Shown in pieces: positions 8,945-19,689 of a stretch of DNA of 48,500 nt (the first letter of the stretch is position 1; each line of letters starts with the position of its first letter). This DNA is from Candidatus Latescibacterota bacterium (GTDB taxonomy: Bacteria; Latescibacterota; UBA2968): assembly GCA_038279365.1 (NCBI GenBank), contig JAYODI010000038.1:1-48500 (forward strand), in the 5' to 3' direction. The translations under genes were made by a program, and so were the position numbers. The notes below the pieces were generated by a model that saw nothing but the letters and a program-made list of their open reading frames with translations, searched no databases and was not told where the DNA came from.

Positions 8945-9053
8945 TTCTGGAGGTCACTCCCGTTTTAAGGATATAAACTACACGAATACCAACTACACAG
9001 AGACGCTGCGTTTTGTTTTTAATGGTTGCTCATTTTAAAGTCGGATCGGTACG

Positions 9054-10019
9054 TTACTTGTCGCGCTCGACAACATGTTGAACGGCCAATGTCAGTGCAT
9101 CTCGTGCGTCAGACGTTTGTAAAGTACCCAAGCTGTCTAATGCCAACTGGGCATAGGCTTGTGCTTCTTTTTGTGCGGCCTCAATGCCGTGATAGCGCCG
9201 AATAAAGGTCAAAACCTCTTCCCAATCTTCGTCTGTTTGCACGCCATTAATGACCTTGTTTTGAATGTGATCGGCTTCGCCATTTGGGCAGTTGTTGAGT
9301 GCGCGAATAAGAGGCAGGGTCAATTTTTTTTCACGCACATCTGTTCCTACGGGTTTGCCCAATGTTTTTTCATCGCCAATGAAATCGAGCAAATCATCGG
9401 TAATTTGAAATGCGACGCCAAATTGTGTGCCAAATTTTGCCATATGGCTAATTTGCTCGGGTGAACCGTTGCCCAAAATGGCCCCCACTTCACAGGCCAA
9501 CGCCATTAGGGAAGCGGTTTTTTTGCCAATCATGTTAAAGTAAGCTGTGGCTTCGGCACTGCCTTCATTTTCAGTTTCGAGGATTTCGCCTTCAATAATA
9601 AACTGAGTGGCGCGTGTGGTGGCTTGCATCACCTCGAGTGAGCCAATGCTCACCAAAACCTGAAGGGATTTGGCCAATAAGAAATCGCCCATTAATACGG
9701 CCGCACGATTGCCCCATATCTGGTGGAGCACTTCGGCACCACGTCGCATATCTGCCGAATCGAGGACATCGTCATGAATAAGTGTTGCCGTTTGAATAAT
9801 TTCAATGGCAACGGCTGCATCTATGACCGCGTCTGTACATTCACCAACGGCTTGGGCAGTTAGCAACGCCAGAGCAGGGCGAAACCGTTTTCCCCGATTG
9901 GCTTGCAGGTGATCGCCCATGTGCTGAATTGTGACGGCATCGGAAGTCAATACTTCCGTTAGGCGTTTTTCAAAGGCTTCAATGTGCGTTTGAACGGGCG
10001 CAGTGATGCTGTTTAACAT
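9054..10019 (-). CDS. Trans-polyprenyl diphosphate synthase (IspB/HepT-like)
   Basis: GKRFRP, HDDVLD...RRG (FARM), KTA, FQITDDLLD (SARM), GKPVGTD. Confidence 0.92.
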   Translation of the reverse strand: MLNSITAPVQTHIEAFEKRLTEVLTSDAVTIQHMGDHLQANRGKRFRPALALLTAQAVGECTDAVIDAAVAIEIIQTATLIHDDVLDSADMRRGAEVLHQIWGNRAAVLMGDFLLAKSLQVLVSIGSLEVMQATTRATQFIIEGEILETENEGSAEATAYFNMIGKKTASLMALACEVGAILGNGSPEQISHMAKFGTQFGVAFQITDDLLDFIGDEKTLGKPVGTDVREKKLTLPLIRALNNCPNGEADHIQNKVINGVQTDEDWEEVLTFIRRYHGIEAAQKEAQAYAQLALDSLGTLQTSDARDALTLAVQHVVERDK

Positions 10020-10202
10020 GCGTCTTCCAAATACAGGGTGATGATAAACAAGCAGAAAACAGCCAATAGGGTGACGTAGATTTCTGCGGTAAATCGTTTC
10101 AAATTAACAAAAAAGGTCAGATATGTCAATCAAAAGGACAGTGCCTGGTCATAGATCTCTATTTGTGCCTCATCTCTTAAATATATTGCGCAAATCTGTG
10201 GG

Positions 10203-11051
10203 CTATTTCTGCCTTTGCGAGACCAGAACACGCTTATGCCCGAAGAGGTCTTTGTGGGCAGAAATAGGGCCCCATTGGGGGTGTTGCTCGATCAGACGGG
10301 ATACGGCGTTGGCTTGATTATAACCGATTTCTAAGGCCAGTATGCCACCTGGTGTGAGACGGGTAATACTTTGGGGAATGATTTTTCGATAGAACGATAA
10401 ACCGTCAGATCCTCCGTCTAAGGCCAAATGAGGGTCATGATTCTGCACCTCGGGTTCAAGGGAGAGAATGTCTTGGGTTGGGATGTAGGGTGGATTTGAG
10501 ACAATGGCATCAAATTTAGGCATTTGGGTAAGGGCTGAAAATAGGTTGCTCTGGACAAAGTATATGCGCTGTGAAACGCGATTGAGGTAGGCGTTTTGAT
10601 GGGCAAGTTTTAATGGCGGTTTGGCAATGTCGATTGCGAACACATGTGCGTGGGGGAGTTCGTGCGCCAAGGTGATTGCGACAATGCCTGATCCCGTGCC
10701 AATGTCGAGTAAGGTGGGGGCTGGGTGGTCTTTGAGACGAGAAACCACTGTTTCTATTAATGTTTCAGTATCTGGCCGCGGAATGAGGGCCTCGGGGGTG
10801 GTTTTAAAAGGTAGGCCATAAAACTCGGTTTCACCCAAGAGATGTTGTAGTGGAATGCGTTTGGATCGCTGGGTAATCAAATTGCGGTATGTTTCAACTT
10901 GCTGGGGTGAAGGTACTGGATGCAAAATCAGTTCAGAACGACGGCATTGAAGTATACTTACAAGTATCCATTCGGCATCGACACGCGGTGTAGAGACACC
11001 TGCTTGGCTGAGAACACCTTCTGCCCAGGAGAGGATTTGCAACACGTTCAT
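10203..11051 (-). CDS. prmC: Release factor glutamine methyltransferase
   Basis: ALIPRPDTE, LDIGTGSG, SNPPY, ALDGG, LEIG; downstream of prfA. Start placed at MNVLQ. Confidence 0.95.
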   Translation of the reverse strand: MNVLQILSWAEGVLSQAGVSTPRVDAEWILVSILQCRRSELILHPVPSPQQVETYRNLITQRSKRIPLQHLLGETEFYGLPFKTTPEALIPRPDTETLIETVVSRLKDHPAPTLLDIGTGSGIVAITLAHELPHAHVFAIDIAKPPLKLAHQNAYLNRVSQRIYFVQSNLFSALTQMPKFDAIVSNPPYIPTQDILSLEPEVQNHDPHLALDGGSDGLSFYRKIIPQSITRLTPGGILALEIGYNQANAVSRLIEQHPQWGPISAHKDLFGHKRVLVSQRQK

Positions 11052-11287
11052 GAACAAAAGATGGAAAAATGAGAAATCAATGGTGTCATTATGGCTGTGA
11101 ATGAGGGTGTTTTGGGGGTGGTATAAATGTTGGTTGCGGGTGAGGTATTGGTGATTATCTGAAACCATCGTCCAAAGGCTTAAACCTGTGGATTGAATAC
11201 CGAATGACATCGCTTTTGGATTTTAACAAAAAACACAAGATATTGTTTGGCCTAAAATTATTTGGTGTGATTTTTTGGGGTGACTGT

Positions 11288-12373
11288 TTAATCAGAAGAT
11301 GAGGACTGTTCCTGGTATTTGAGTTTTTCTGTTTGATCTGCTACGCGTAACCCATCAATGAGTTCTGTTAAATCACCGTTGAGCACTTCTTCTAATCGAT
11401 GCAACGTGAGCTTAATTCGGTGGTCTGTGATGCGGCCTTGTGGGTAGTTGTAGGTGCGAATTTTTGCGCTGCGATCTCCAGAACCCACTTGTGAGCGTCG
11501 ATCTGCAGCCATTTTGGATTGTTGTTCTTGGATGGCAATGTCTAAAAGACGAGAGCGCAAAACTTTAAGGGCTTTGGCTTTGTTTTTAAGCTGAGATTTT
11601 TCGTCTTGGCATGACACCACCAACCCAGATGGCAAATGGGTGATGCGCACAGCTGAGTCTGTGGTGTTCACACTTTGCCCACCTGGTCCTGAAGAGCGAT
11701 ACACATCGATTTTGAGTTCGTTGGGATCAATCTCAACATCGACATCTTCCGCTTCTGGCAAAACGGCCACGGTTGCTGTTGAGGTGTGGATACGGCCACT
11801 GGATTCGGTTTCTGGAATGCGTTGTACGCGGTGGACGCCACTTTCGTATTTGAGCTTGCCATAAACATCTTTTCCTGTCACGGAAAAGATAATTTCCTTA
11901 TATCCGCCAATGCCTGTTGGGTTGGAACTTAGAATTTCGTGTTTCCCGCCCACGTTTTCGGCATATCGCGTATACATGCGGTAAAGATTTGCCGCAAATA
12001 GGGCCGCTTCATCTCCGCCTGCACCGGCCCGAATTTCGACCACACTGTCTTTGCTGTCGTTGGGGTCTTTGGGAATCAGCAACAATTTGATTTGTTCTTC
12101 CAACTCAGATTCTTTTTGTTCTAATTCTTCTTTTTCCATCAGAGCCATTTCAACCAATTCGTCATCTTCGGCTATCTGAATGATGTCGTTGGCATCCTTC
12201 AAGTTTGTCTTTACTTCTCTATAAGTACGGTAAGCATTGACAATTTCTTCCAAGTCGCTGTATTCTTTATTGAGTTTGCGAAATTTTTCAGGATGTGACG
12301 CAATTTCCGGACGTGCCATTTCTTCACTTAATTTTTTGTAGCGATTTTCTATGTTTTCAAGCTGTTCAAACAT
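11288..12373 (-). CDS. prfA: Peptide chain release factor 1
   Basis: GGQ motif, PET anticodon-mimic tripeptide, [19 protein letters not shown]. Confidence 0.98.
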   Translation of the reverse strand: MFEQLENIENRYKKLSEEMARPEIASHPEKFRKLNKEYSDLEEIVNAYRTYREVKTNLKDANDIIQIAEDDELVEMALMEKEELEQKESELEEQIKLLLIPKDPNDSKDSVVEIRAGAGGDEAALFAANLYRMYTRYAENVGGKHEILSSNPTGIGGYKEIIFSVTGKDVYGKLKYESGVHRVQRIPETESSGRIHTSTATVAVLPEAEDVDVEIDPNELKIDVYRSSGPGGQSVNTTDSAVRITHLPSGLVVSCQDEKSQLKNKAKALKVLRSRLLDIAIQEQQSKMAADRRSQVGSGDRSAKIRTYNYPQGRITDHRIKLTLHRLEEVLNGDLTELIDGLRVADQTEKLKYQEQSSSSD

Positions 12374-12498
12374 GGCAATTTATCCCAAGTGAAAGGTCGC
12401 AAATCAAAATGTGAGATATCTATGTTGGGGTCATGCAAAAAGGGTGGAACGGTTACCTTATGGCAACTGTTCCACCCTTTTTATGGTATATGAGTCCG

Positions 12499-12789
12499 CT
12501 AAGCTTCTGTTTTTGCTTCTGCTTCCGTGTTGCCGGCATCGGACATGCCATAACGACGGCGGAAACGTTCCACCATACCAGCTGTATCCACAAGCATCAT
12601 TTTGCCTGTGAAAAATGGGTGCGACGCGGAACTGATTTCCACTTTAATCAATGGATAGGTTTTGCCATCTTCCCATACGGTGGTGTCATCAGATGTGCGT
12701 GTCGAACGTGTTTTGACACGAAAAGGTGGTTTTGCACTGATGTCTTCAAAGATCACATCGTGATAATCTGGATGAATATCGGGTTTCAT
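12499..12789 (-). CDS. rpmE: 50S ribosomal protein L31, type B (Cys-free)
   Basis: MKPDIHPDY...[12 protein letters not shown]...DTAGMVERF; no cysteines; between rho and prfA. Confidence 0.95.
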   Translation of the reverse strand: MKPDIHPDYHDVIFEDISAKPPFRVKTRSTRTSDDTTVWEDGKTYPLIKVEISSASHPFFTGKMMLVDTAGMVERFRRRYGMSDAGNTEAEAKTEA

Positions 12790-12970
12790 ATTGAATCCCT
12801 TTTTGGGTGAAAGTGTTTTTAAATCAACTGTTTAAGTAATCCAAGGCCCAAAAATATTAGCCGAAGAATACAAAATATATCAAAATGTTCTAAAAAATGC
12901 AAATATTAGGCAAATAAAGTTGCAAGTTTGGGCACTACTGGTGTCTTATTGTCTAAAAAGAGGACTCCCG

Positions 12971-14248
12971 CTATGGCACAGGCTCATTCATGGCGTCGAG
13001 AAATTCTTCATTGGTCTTATTCTCTTTGAGATGTTCAGCCATAAATTCCATGGCATCAAGTGCTTGCATTTGATTGAGCAATTTGCGCAAGATCCAAACG
13101 CGATTGAGTTCTTTCTCCGACATGAGCAATTCTTCTTTGCGCGTGCTGGATTGTGAAACATCAATGGCTGGAAATACCCGGCGATTTGAGAGACGCCGAT
13201 CCAACTTGAGCTCCATATTGCCAGTGCCTTTAAATTCTTCAAAAATTACTTCGTCCATACGACTGCCTGTTTCAACCAAGGCTGTAGATAAGATGGTGAG
13301 ACTACCCCCTTCTTCAATATTCCGGGCTGCACCAAAAAAGCGTTTGGGCCATTGCATAGCGGCAGAATCAAGGCCACCTGTCAAGATGCGTCCACTGTGT
13401 GGTACGACCATATTGTAGGCCCGTGCCAAACGGGTGATGCTGTCTAAGAGGATGACCACATCATGCTGGTGTTCAACCAGGCGACGTGCTTTATCAATGA
13501 CCATATCTGCCACTTGAACATGGCGCTGTGGGGGCTCGTCAAAGGTGGAACTGATCACTTCGCCTTTAACTGAGCGCTGCATGTCTGTGACTTCTTCAGG
13601 GCGTTCGTCAATAAGTAAGACGATGAGCGTAATTTCTGGGTGATTTTGAGTAATGGCATTGGCTATTTTTTGCAAAAGCATTGTTTTACCCGTAAATGGT
13701 GGCGCGACAATCATCCCACGCTGGCCTTTGCCAATGGGGGTGATGAGGTTCATAATGCGGGTGGACATGTCTTGCGGGTCATATTCGAGGTTGATGCGTT
13801 GTTGCGGGTGAAGAGGCGTGAGGTTGTCAAAGAGGATTTTTTGTTTGGCATTTTCGGGATCTTCAAAGTTTACGGCTTCTACGCGAATGAGTGCAAAATA
13901 CTTTTCATCACCGCGGGGGGGGCGAATTTGGCCCGATATGGTATCGCCCGTTCGCAAATTAAAACGCTTAATTTGAGAGTGTGAGACGTAAATATCGTCT
14001 GGTCCAGGCATATAATTGTAATTGGGTGATCGGAGAAAGCCAAATCCATCTTCGAGAATATCCAGAACACCTTGCGCGAAGATAAGGCCACTTTTCTCTG
14101 TTTGCGCCTGTAAAATGGTGAAGATAAGCTCTTGCTTGCGCAGGCCACTGTATCCTTGGATGCTTAAGCTTTGCGCTTGTTTATTGAGTTCGGGAATGGT
14201 GAGTTTTTGCAACTCGATAATGTCCATTTTGTCTTCGGCAACTGCCAT
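12971..14248 (-). CDS. rho: Transcription termination factor Rho
   Basis: [44 protein letters not shown]. Confidence 0.98.
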   Translation of the reverse strand: MAVAEDKMDIIELQKLTIPELNKQAQSLSIQGYSGLRKQELIFTILQAQTEKSGLIFAQGVLDILEDGFGFLRSPNYNYMPGPDDIYVSHSQIKRFNLRTGDTISGQIRPPRGDEKYFALIRVEAVNFEDPENAKQKILFDNLTPLHPQQRINLEYDPQDMSTRIMNLITPIGKGQRGMIVAPPFTGKTMLLQKIANAITQNHPEITLIVLLIDERPEEVTDMQRSVKGEVISSTFDEPPQRHVQVADMVIDKARRLVEHQHDVVILLDSITRLARAYNMVVPHSGRILTGGLDSAAMQWPKRFFGAARNIEEGGSLTILSTALVETGSRMDEVIFEEFKGTGNMELKLDRRLSNRRVFPAIDVSQSSTRKEELLMSEKELNRVWILRKLLNQMQALDAMEFMAEHLKENKTNEEFLDAMNEPVP

Positions 14249-14473
14249 GCACGGTGCTCCGGTGTGGGTGGGGAAGGGAATGTAAGCCGTTTATTGAGGC
14301 ATACAGAGGCACAAATAATGAGAGTTTTCTTGATTTGATATTTTAATTAGTAGGAGTTTCGTAAGGTATGATACTTTAAGGAATGGGTCGTTGAGCGCTG
14401 TTAAGTGAGAGGGTATATCGAAGATAAATAATGAGAGGCCTTATAATTGCAGATATTTTAAGAAGATGTAGAC

Positions 14474-14502
14474 AACCTAATGCAAACGATGTTGTTTGTC
14501 AA
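14474..14502 (-). promoter_or_regulatory. Candidate sigma70 promoter for rho
   Basis: Minus strand TTGACA-N17-TAGGTT. Confidence 0.5.
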
Positions 14503-14616
14503 GCAAAAACAAGTATCGGTTGTTTAAGTAATTAAAAAAAAGGCCATAAATGGCGTATTCCGTGTTGCCATTGGGAAATGGAATGTGAACGGAGATCTTT
14601 TATGTACCTTTTTGTT

Positions 14617-17277
14617 TTAGGACAAAGATTCGGTCAAATTTTTTATGATGCTGTTTATTTCGTTCATATCTGTGATTTTACCACCATTTTTCCTGACGTA
14701 GAAGGCGTCAACGGCACGGTCAGCTTGTGTGCCAATGCGAGCGGTGTAAATATCCAAGCCCAATTCGGAAAGGGCGCGTGTGATTTTATATAAGATGCCG
14801 ATACCATCTTGTGTGGCAATGTCGAGAATGGTATACCGTTCTGACGCATTGTTGTCACAGGTTACTTCCGTGGGAATAGGAATGGTTGGAATGCGACGGC
14901 GAGACCAACGTTGTTGATATCGGTCAAAGAGTTCGTTTACTTGTAAATTGCCTCGAAAGATTTCGATGAGTGTTTTCTGTATTTTTTGCTGTATATCTAA
15001 GCCGATTTCTGGGTCATCGGTTGGGCCTGTTACTTGAAAGACATCAATGACGATACCATCTCGACGTGTGTAAGCTTGGGCACTAAAGATATTGATGTCA
15101 TATGTTGCCAATACCCCACATATCTCAGATAATCGAAAGGGTTTGTCGTAGGTACAAATGATGATTTCTAAAAAGAGGCCACTGGGGGCAACGGAAATAC
15201 CCACGGGATCTTTGCCCAAACTTTCAACGAGGTGTAAATGTTGGGTGACTTCTTGGGCACTGTTTTGGCTTGGATAGCGCGGGGGCATGTTGGTGAGGTG
15301 TTCTGTAAGTTGTTTGTATGAAAATTGATCTCCAATGTGGGCTATGAGTTCTTGTATTTCTTCCCGCGGGGCTCTTTCCACGTGTACATTTTTGCGTGTG
15401 ATGACCTCAAATGTTTTTTCATACAATTCACGCAGCAGGTGTGATTTCCAAGTGGTCCAAGCCGTTCGGGTAACGGCAGAAAGATCTGCATAGGTTAAAA
15501 CATAAAGCATGCGCAACAGATCTGGGTGATCAAAAAGGGAGGCAAAATCTGCAATAAGGGCCTGATCCGAAAGGTCTCGGCGTTGGGCAATATCGGACAT
15601 ATTGAGATGGTATTGCACCAAAAAGACAACGGTTTCTATCTGGTCTTCTGGCAAATTTAGTCGTTCTAAAAAACGACGTGTCATTTTGGCGCCAGTGGTG
15701 CTGTGATCATTGTCACGGGCTGATTTTCCCACGTCATGCATTAAAAGGCCTAAATACAACAGTTGTTTTCTTGGGATTTCATTAAAAACGCGTTTCAGAT
15801 GGCGCAAATGATCTGGTAAGGTTGTGGCACGAGAGAGACGCTCAAGGTTTTCTATGGCAACCAATGTGTGTTCATCTGCTGTATAAATGTGGTAACGGTT
15901 GTATTGTACCAAACAAGTAAGGCTGCCAAATTCGGGCACGTAGGCACCTAAAACATCCAACTCATGCATGATGCGCAATGTTGTGCCTATGCCGGCTTGT
16001 CCTTGAATGATGCTTAGAAAGTTACGTGCCGATTTGGGCAAGGTTCTAAATGCATCGTCAATGAGGGGCAAATGGTCTTTAATGGCTTGCTGTGCGGTTT
16101 CGTTGAGAGGAACACCAAATCGTTGGGAGTTTAGAAACAGACTCAGTAAGCGTGTTGGGTCATCTACGAAGAAATTGCGACGTACTTTGGGTAAGCCAAT
16201 ATGTGTGGGATATAAGACGGAACCGTCATCCAACTCACGTCTGATGAGCAATCCTACAGCACGATCTGCCGAAGACTGGCCTTTGAGTCGTTCACTGATG
16301 AGATCACTGATGTGTTTGATGTTGCGGGCGTGGATGTAGTAATCACGCATGAAATGTTCAACGCCTAATTCGCCGTCTACATCTGCATAACCTAAGTTTT
16401 TTGCAACAATAGGTTGAAGGTCGTGTTCTAAGACATCCAATGGTTTTTGTGTATGAAAGTGCAAGGCGTTGCGTGTTCGCAATAAAAAATCGATGGCATC
16501 GACGTAGAGTTTGTGATTGCGCCGAGTAAGAATGTGATCTTCCAAAAGACCTTCAGGTGCTTTGAGACCTCTGCGAGCTTTGAGCAACCAACCTACTGTA
16601 TGGGTATCGCGAAGCCCGCCTGGGCTTTCTTTTATGTTGGGTTCGAGCAGTTGTACAGAAAACCCTGCACGACTTTGGCGACGTGTGCGTTCTTCTACTT
16701 TTGTGTTGATAAAACCTCGGGCTTTGCGTCCAAAGAATCGTTTTGCGAGCATGCTTTCTAATTTGTTCGCCAAATTTTTATTGCCAATCAAATAGCGTGC
16801 TTCAAGCATGGAAGTAAGTGAGTCGGTGTCTTCTTGGGCGGCAACCATGCATTCTGAGAGGGTTCTTGTGCTGTAGCCAACTTCAAAACGAAGATCCCAT
16901 AGGGTATGCAAAATCATGCGGGTAACCAGATCACCTTCTTCAACTTTCTTTTCAAAAAGGAACAACAGATCAATGTCTGACTTGGGGTTGAGTGCGCCTC
17001 TGCCATACCCACCTTGTGCCAAGACCGCATATTGGGCTGGCACTTGCCCTTTTTCATGGACACCCTCTTGATAAAGCGCGGCAATAAGCGTATCCATTTG
17101 CTGTGTCAATGCCTCGACTGTTTGGGTTCCTGAAGCACCTTGGAGGTGGTTTTTTAATATGGTTTCATGTGTTTCGTTCAGATAATTGCGCAATAAATCG
17201 AGGCGCTTACCAGGAAGGGTTTGGGGGGGATGCGTCGCCTGCAATTCGGCCAGTGCTTGGATGAGATTATTGGCCAC
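14617..17277 (-). CDS. glnD: [Protein-PII] uridylyltransferase / uridylyl-removing enzyme
   Basis: GGYGRG..SDIDL NTase motif, EPNIKESPGGLRD, HD domain (HIYTADEH, MHDVGK), two C-terminal ACT domains; 886 aa. Confidence 0.96.
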   Translation of the reverse strand: MANNLIQALAELQATHPPQTLPGKRLDLLRNYLNETHETILKNHLQGASGTQTVEALTQQMDTLIAALYQEGVHEKGQVPAQYAVLAQGGYGRGALNPKSDIDLLFLFEKKVEEGDLVTRMILHTLWDLRFEVGYSTRTLSECMVAAQEDTDSLTSMLEARYLIGNKNLANKLESMLAKRFFGRKARGFINTKVEERTRRQSRAGFSVQLLEPNIKESPGGLRDTHTVGWLLKARRGLKAPEGLLEDHILTRRNHKLYVDAIDFLLRTRNALHFHTQKPLDVLEHDLQPIVAKNLGYADVDGELGVEHFMRDYYIHARNIKHISDLISERLKGQSSADRAVGLLIRRELDDGSVLYPTHIGLPKVRRNFFVDDPTRLLSLFLNSQRFGVPLNETAQQAIKDHLPLIDDAFRTLPKSARNFLSIIQGQAGIGTTLRIMHELDVLGAYVPEFGSLTCLVQYNRYHIYTADEHTLVAIENLERLSRATTLPDHLRHLKRVFNEIPRKQLLYLGLLMHDVGKSARDNDHSTTGAKMTRRFLERLNLPEDQIETVVFLVQYHLNMSDIAQRRDLSDQALIADFASLFDHPDLLRMLYVLTYADLSAVTRTAWTTWKSHLLRELYEKTFEVITRKNVHVERAPREEIQELIAHIGDQFSYKQLTEHLTNMPPRYPSQNSAQEVTQHLHLVESLGKDPVGISVAPSGLFLEIIICTYDKPFRLSEICGVLATYDINIFSAQAYTRRDGIVIDVFQVTGPTDDPEIGLDIQQKIQKTLIEIFRGNLQVNELFDRYQQRWSRRRIPTIPIPTEVTCDNNASERYTILDIATQDGIGILYKITRALSELGLDIYTARIGTQADRAVDAFYVRKNGGKITDMNEINSIIKNLTESLS

Positions 17278-19618
17278 GATTAGATATTCCTTTAAAGACG
17301 GTCTGATAAGCGTTGGTTAAGTTATTAACATAGCTGAGGCGCAAACGTTGGCGAATGGATTTGGGTAATGCTTCTGCTTCTGCTTGATTGGCTTGAGGCA
17401 AGATGATGTGACGCATATTGGCGCGTTGTGCAGCCAAGAGTTTGTCTCGAATAGCACCGACTCCCAAAACTTGCCCAGTGAGGGTCATTTCGCCCGTAAC
17501 AGCAATATTGGGCGAAACGACTTGTTTGGTAAAATGCGAAATGAGGCTTAGCGCGATGGTCAAGCCCGCCGATGGGCCGTCTTTTCGAATGGCACCGGCT
17601 GGAACATGAATGTGAATATCAATGTCTTCTAAATGGCATTTTTCGATGCCAAGCACTGCAAAGTTTGTGCGAATATAACTCACCGCTATTTGGGCCGACT
17701 CTTTAATAATTTCGCCCAAATGCCCTGTAAGTATGAGCGACCCATTGCCAAACATCGTGGTGGTTTCAACTGTAAAGTGTTGCCCGCCTACTGGGGTTGC
17801 TGCTAAGCCGGTTACAATGCCTGGTACGGATAGTGTTGTTGTTAAAGGGGCAGATAAGGGGCGCCCCAAGTATAGGGTGAGATCTTTGGGTTGTAGCGTG
17901 ATTGCAACCTTTTCTCCTTCGGCAACACGTCGGGCAATGCGCCGACACAATATCCCAACCTGACGTTCCAATTGTCGCAGACCGGGTTCTTGTGTGTAAT
18001 GGGTAATAAGGTGCTGAATGGTTTTGGCTGGAAGTTTCATATGGTGTGTAGATAAACCATTTATGGCACGTTGGCGAGGTAAAATATGACTGCGTAAAAT
18101 GGCAGCTTTTTCGCTATCGAGATAACCCGATATAGAAATAATTTCAAGCCTGTCGCGCAAAGCATTGGGGATGTCTTGTATGACATTGGCAGTGGTAATA
18201 AAGAGCACTTGCGAAAGGTCAAAGGGCAGGTTGAGGTAGTGATCTGTAAACGCACTGTTTTGAGATGCGTCAAGTATTTCCAAAAGGACACCGGCAGGAT
18301 CACCAGAACCTTGTTGCCCCAGTTTGTCTATTTCGTCTAATAAAATAACAGGGTCTTTGGCGTCTACTTGGCGCAAACCTTGTATGATGCGCCCTGGAAG
18401 CGCCCCCACATATGTGCGCCTGTGTCCACGCAGTTCTGCCTCATCGCGCAAACCTCCTAATGCCACGCGCAGGAAGGGTCGGTTTAATGCCTGGGCAATG
18501 GCTTGACCAAGAGATGTTTTCCCCACGCCGGGAGGACCTGCCAAACACAAGATGGTGCTGTGGTTGTTATTGGTGAGTTTGCGAACCGACAGGTCATCTA
18601 GGATGCGTTCTTTAACATGATTGAGACCTTTGTGATGGCGGTCTAAGGTTTTTTGGGCATGCTTGAGGTCGATGGGTTTTGCCGTTTGATGCGCCCAAGG
18701 TAAATTGAGTAACCAATCTAAATACGTATGACTGGCTGTGTATTCTGGGGCGGCATAGGGCATGCGACTGAGACGGTCTATTTCTTTTTTGGCTTCTGCA
18801 TATGCTTCGGGGGGGAGGGTGTTTGTTGCGAGCCGTTTTTGGAGGTTTTCAATTTCGATAGACCGAACATCATTTTCCCCCAATTCTTGCTGAAGTGCTT
18901 TAATTTGTTCGCGAATCAGGTGTTCTCTGCGGCTGTGATCCAATTCGGATTGGACTTGAGTGCGAACACGCAAACCCATTTCAAGGACATCTAATTCTTG
19001 CGACATCAGTGATGTTAGGCGTTTGAGTCGTGTTGTGGTGTTTGTTTCATCAAGCAAAGCCTGTTTGTCTGACAGATTTATATTTAGATGAAATGCGATA
19101 AAATCAGACAAGTGAGCTGGGCTGTGGATATTGATAACTGCAATTTGTAGCTCGCTTGGCAAGTGGGGGGTTAGGGAGAGAATTTTTTGGAATTGTGCAG
19201 AGACGCTTGCCGCCAAAGCGTGTTGTTGCGGTGTGGTTTTGGGGTCTTCTATGATGGCATTGGGGCAAATTTGCAAACCCTTGTCTGTTTGGGCAATATC
19301 TGACCAAGTGATTCGGCACAAGCTTTGCACCAAAAAGCGAATGCTGCCATCTGGCAAATGCCACAAGCGTTCTACGGTGGCTGCCGTACCTGTTTGATAC
19401 AGGTCGTTGGCACTGGGTGTCTCTGTGGGATGGTGCAGTGTAACCAATGCGATGGGGCTATTTGTTTTGAGTGCCTGTGTAATCAGTTGGATGGTGTGTG
19501 GGCGCGTGCTGGATAGTTGGGCAGGTACAGATGGATATACCACCGTATCGCGCAAAGGAAAGACATCTAATCGATTGGGAAGATTGTGCGCTTGTTGTAT
19601 CTTGGGTTGTGTTGCCAT
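17267..19618 (-). CDS. lon: ATP-dependent Lon (LonA) protease
   Basis: LON N-domain; GPPGVGKT; GHRRTYVGALPG; LLDEIDK; KDGPSAG catalytic Ser and downstream Lys (IRDKLLAA). Confidence 0.95.
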   Translation of the reverse strand: MATQPKIQQAHNLPNRLDVFPLRDTVVYPSVPAQLSSTRPHTIQLITQALKTNSPIALVTLHHPTETPSANDLYQTGTAATVERLWHLPDGSIRFLVQSLCRITWSDIAQTDKGLQICPNAIIEDPKTTPQQHALAASVSAQFQKILSLTPHLPSELQIAVINIHSPAHLSDFIAFHLNINLSDKQALLDETNTTTRLKRLTSLMSQELDVLEMGLRVRTQVQSELDHSRREHLIREQIKALQQELGENDVRSIEIENLQKRLATNTLPPEAYAEAKKEIDRLSRMPYAAPEYTASHTYLDWLLNLPWAHQTAKPIDLKHAQKTLDRHHKGLNHVKERILDDLSVRKLTNNNHSTILCLAGPPGVGKTSLGQAIAQALNRPFLRVALGGLRDEAELRGHRRTYVGALPGRIIQGLRQVDAKDPVILLDEIDKLGQQGSGDPAGVLLEILDASQNSAFTDHYLNLPFDLSQVLFITTANVIQDIPNALRDRLEIISISGYLDSEKAAILRSHILPRQRAINGLSTHHMKLPAKTIQHLITHYTQEPGLRQLERQVGILCRRIARRVAEGEKVAITLQPKDLTLYLGRPLSAPLTTTLSVPGIVTGLAATPVGGQHFTVETTTMFGNGSLILTGHLGEIIKESAQIAVSYIRTNFAVLGIEKCHLEDIDIHIHVPAGAIRKDGPSAGLTIALSLISHFTKQVVSPNIAVTGEMTLTGQVLGVGAIRDKLLAAQRANMRHIILPQANQAEAEALPKSIRQRLRLSYVNNLTNAYQTVFKGISNRGQ

Positions 19619-19689
19619 AAATGGTTTGGATGCCTGATGGTGAGAGGTTTTAAGGGCAATATAGATGTTGTTTCATTGGGGCTGCTGAA

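Noticed and set aside
14249..14470. C-rich rho leader as an autoregulatory rut site
   Set aside because: The whole plus strand is G/T-skewed, so C-richness on the minus strand is not specific; cannot be supported.
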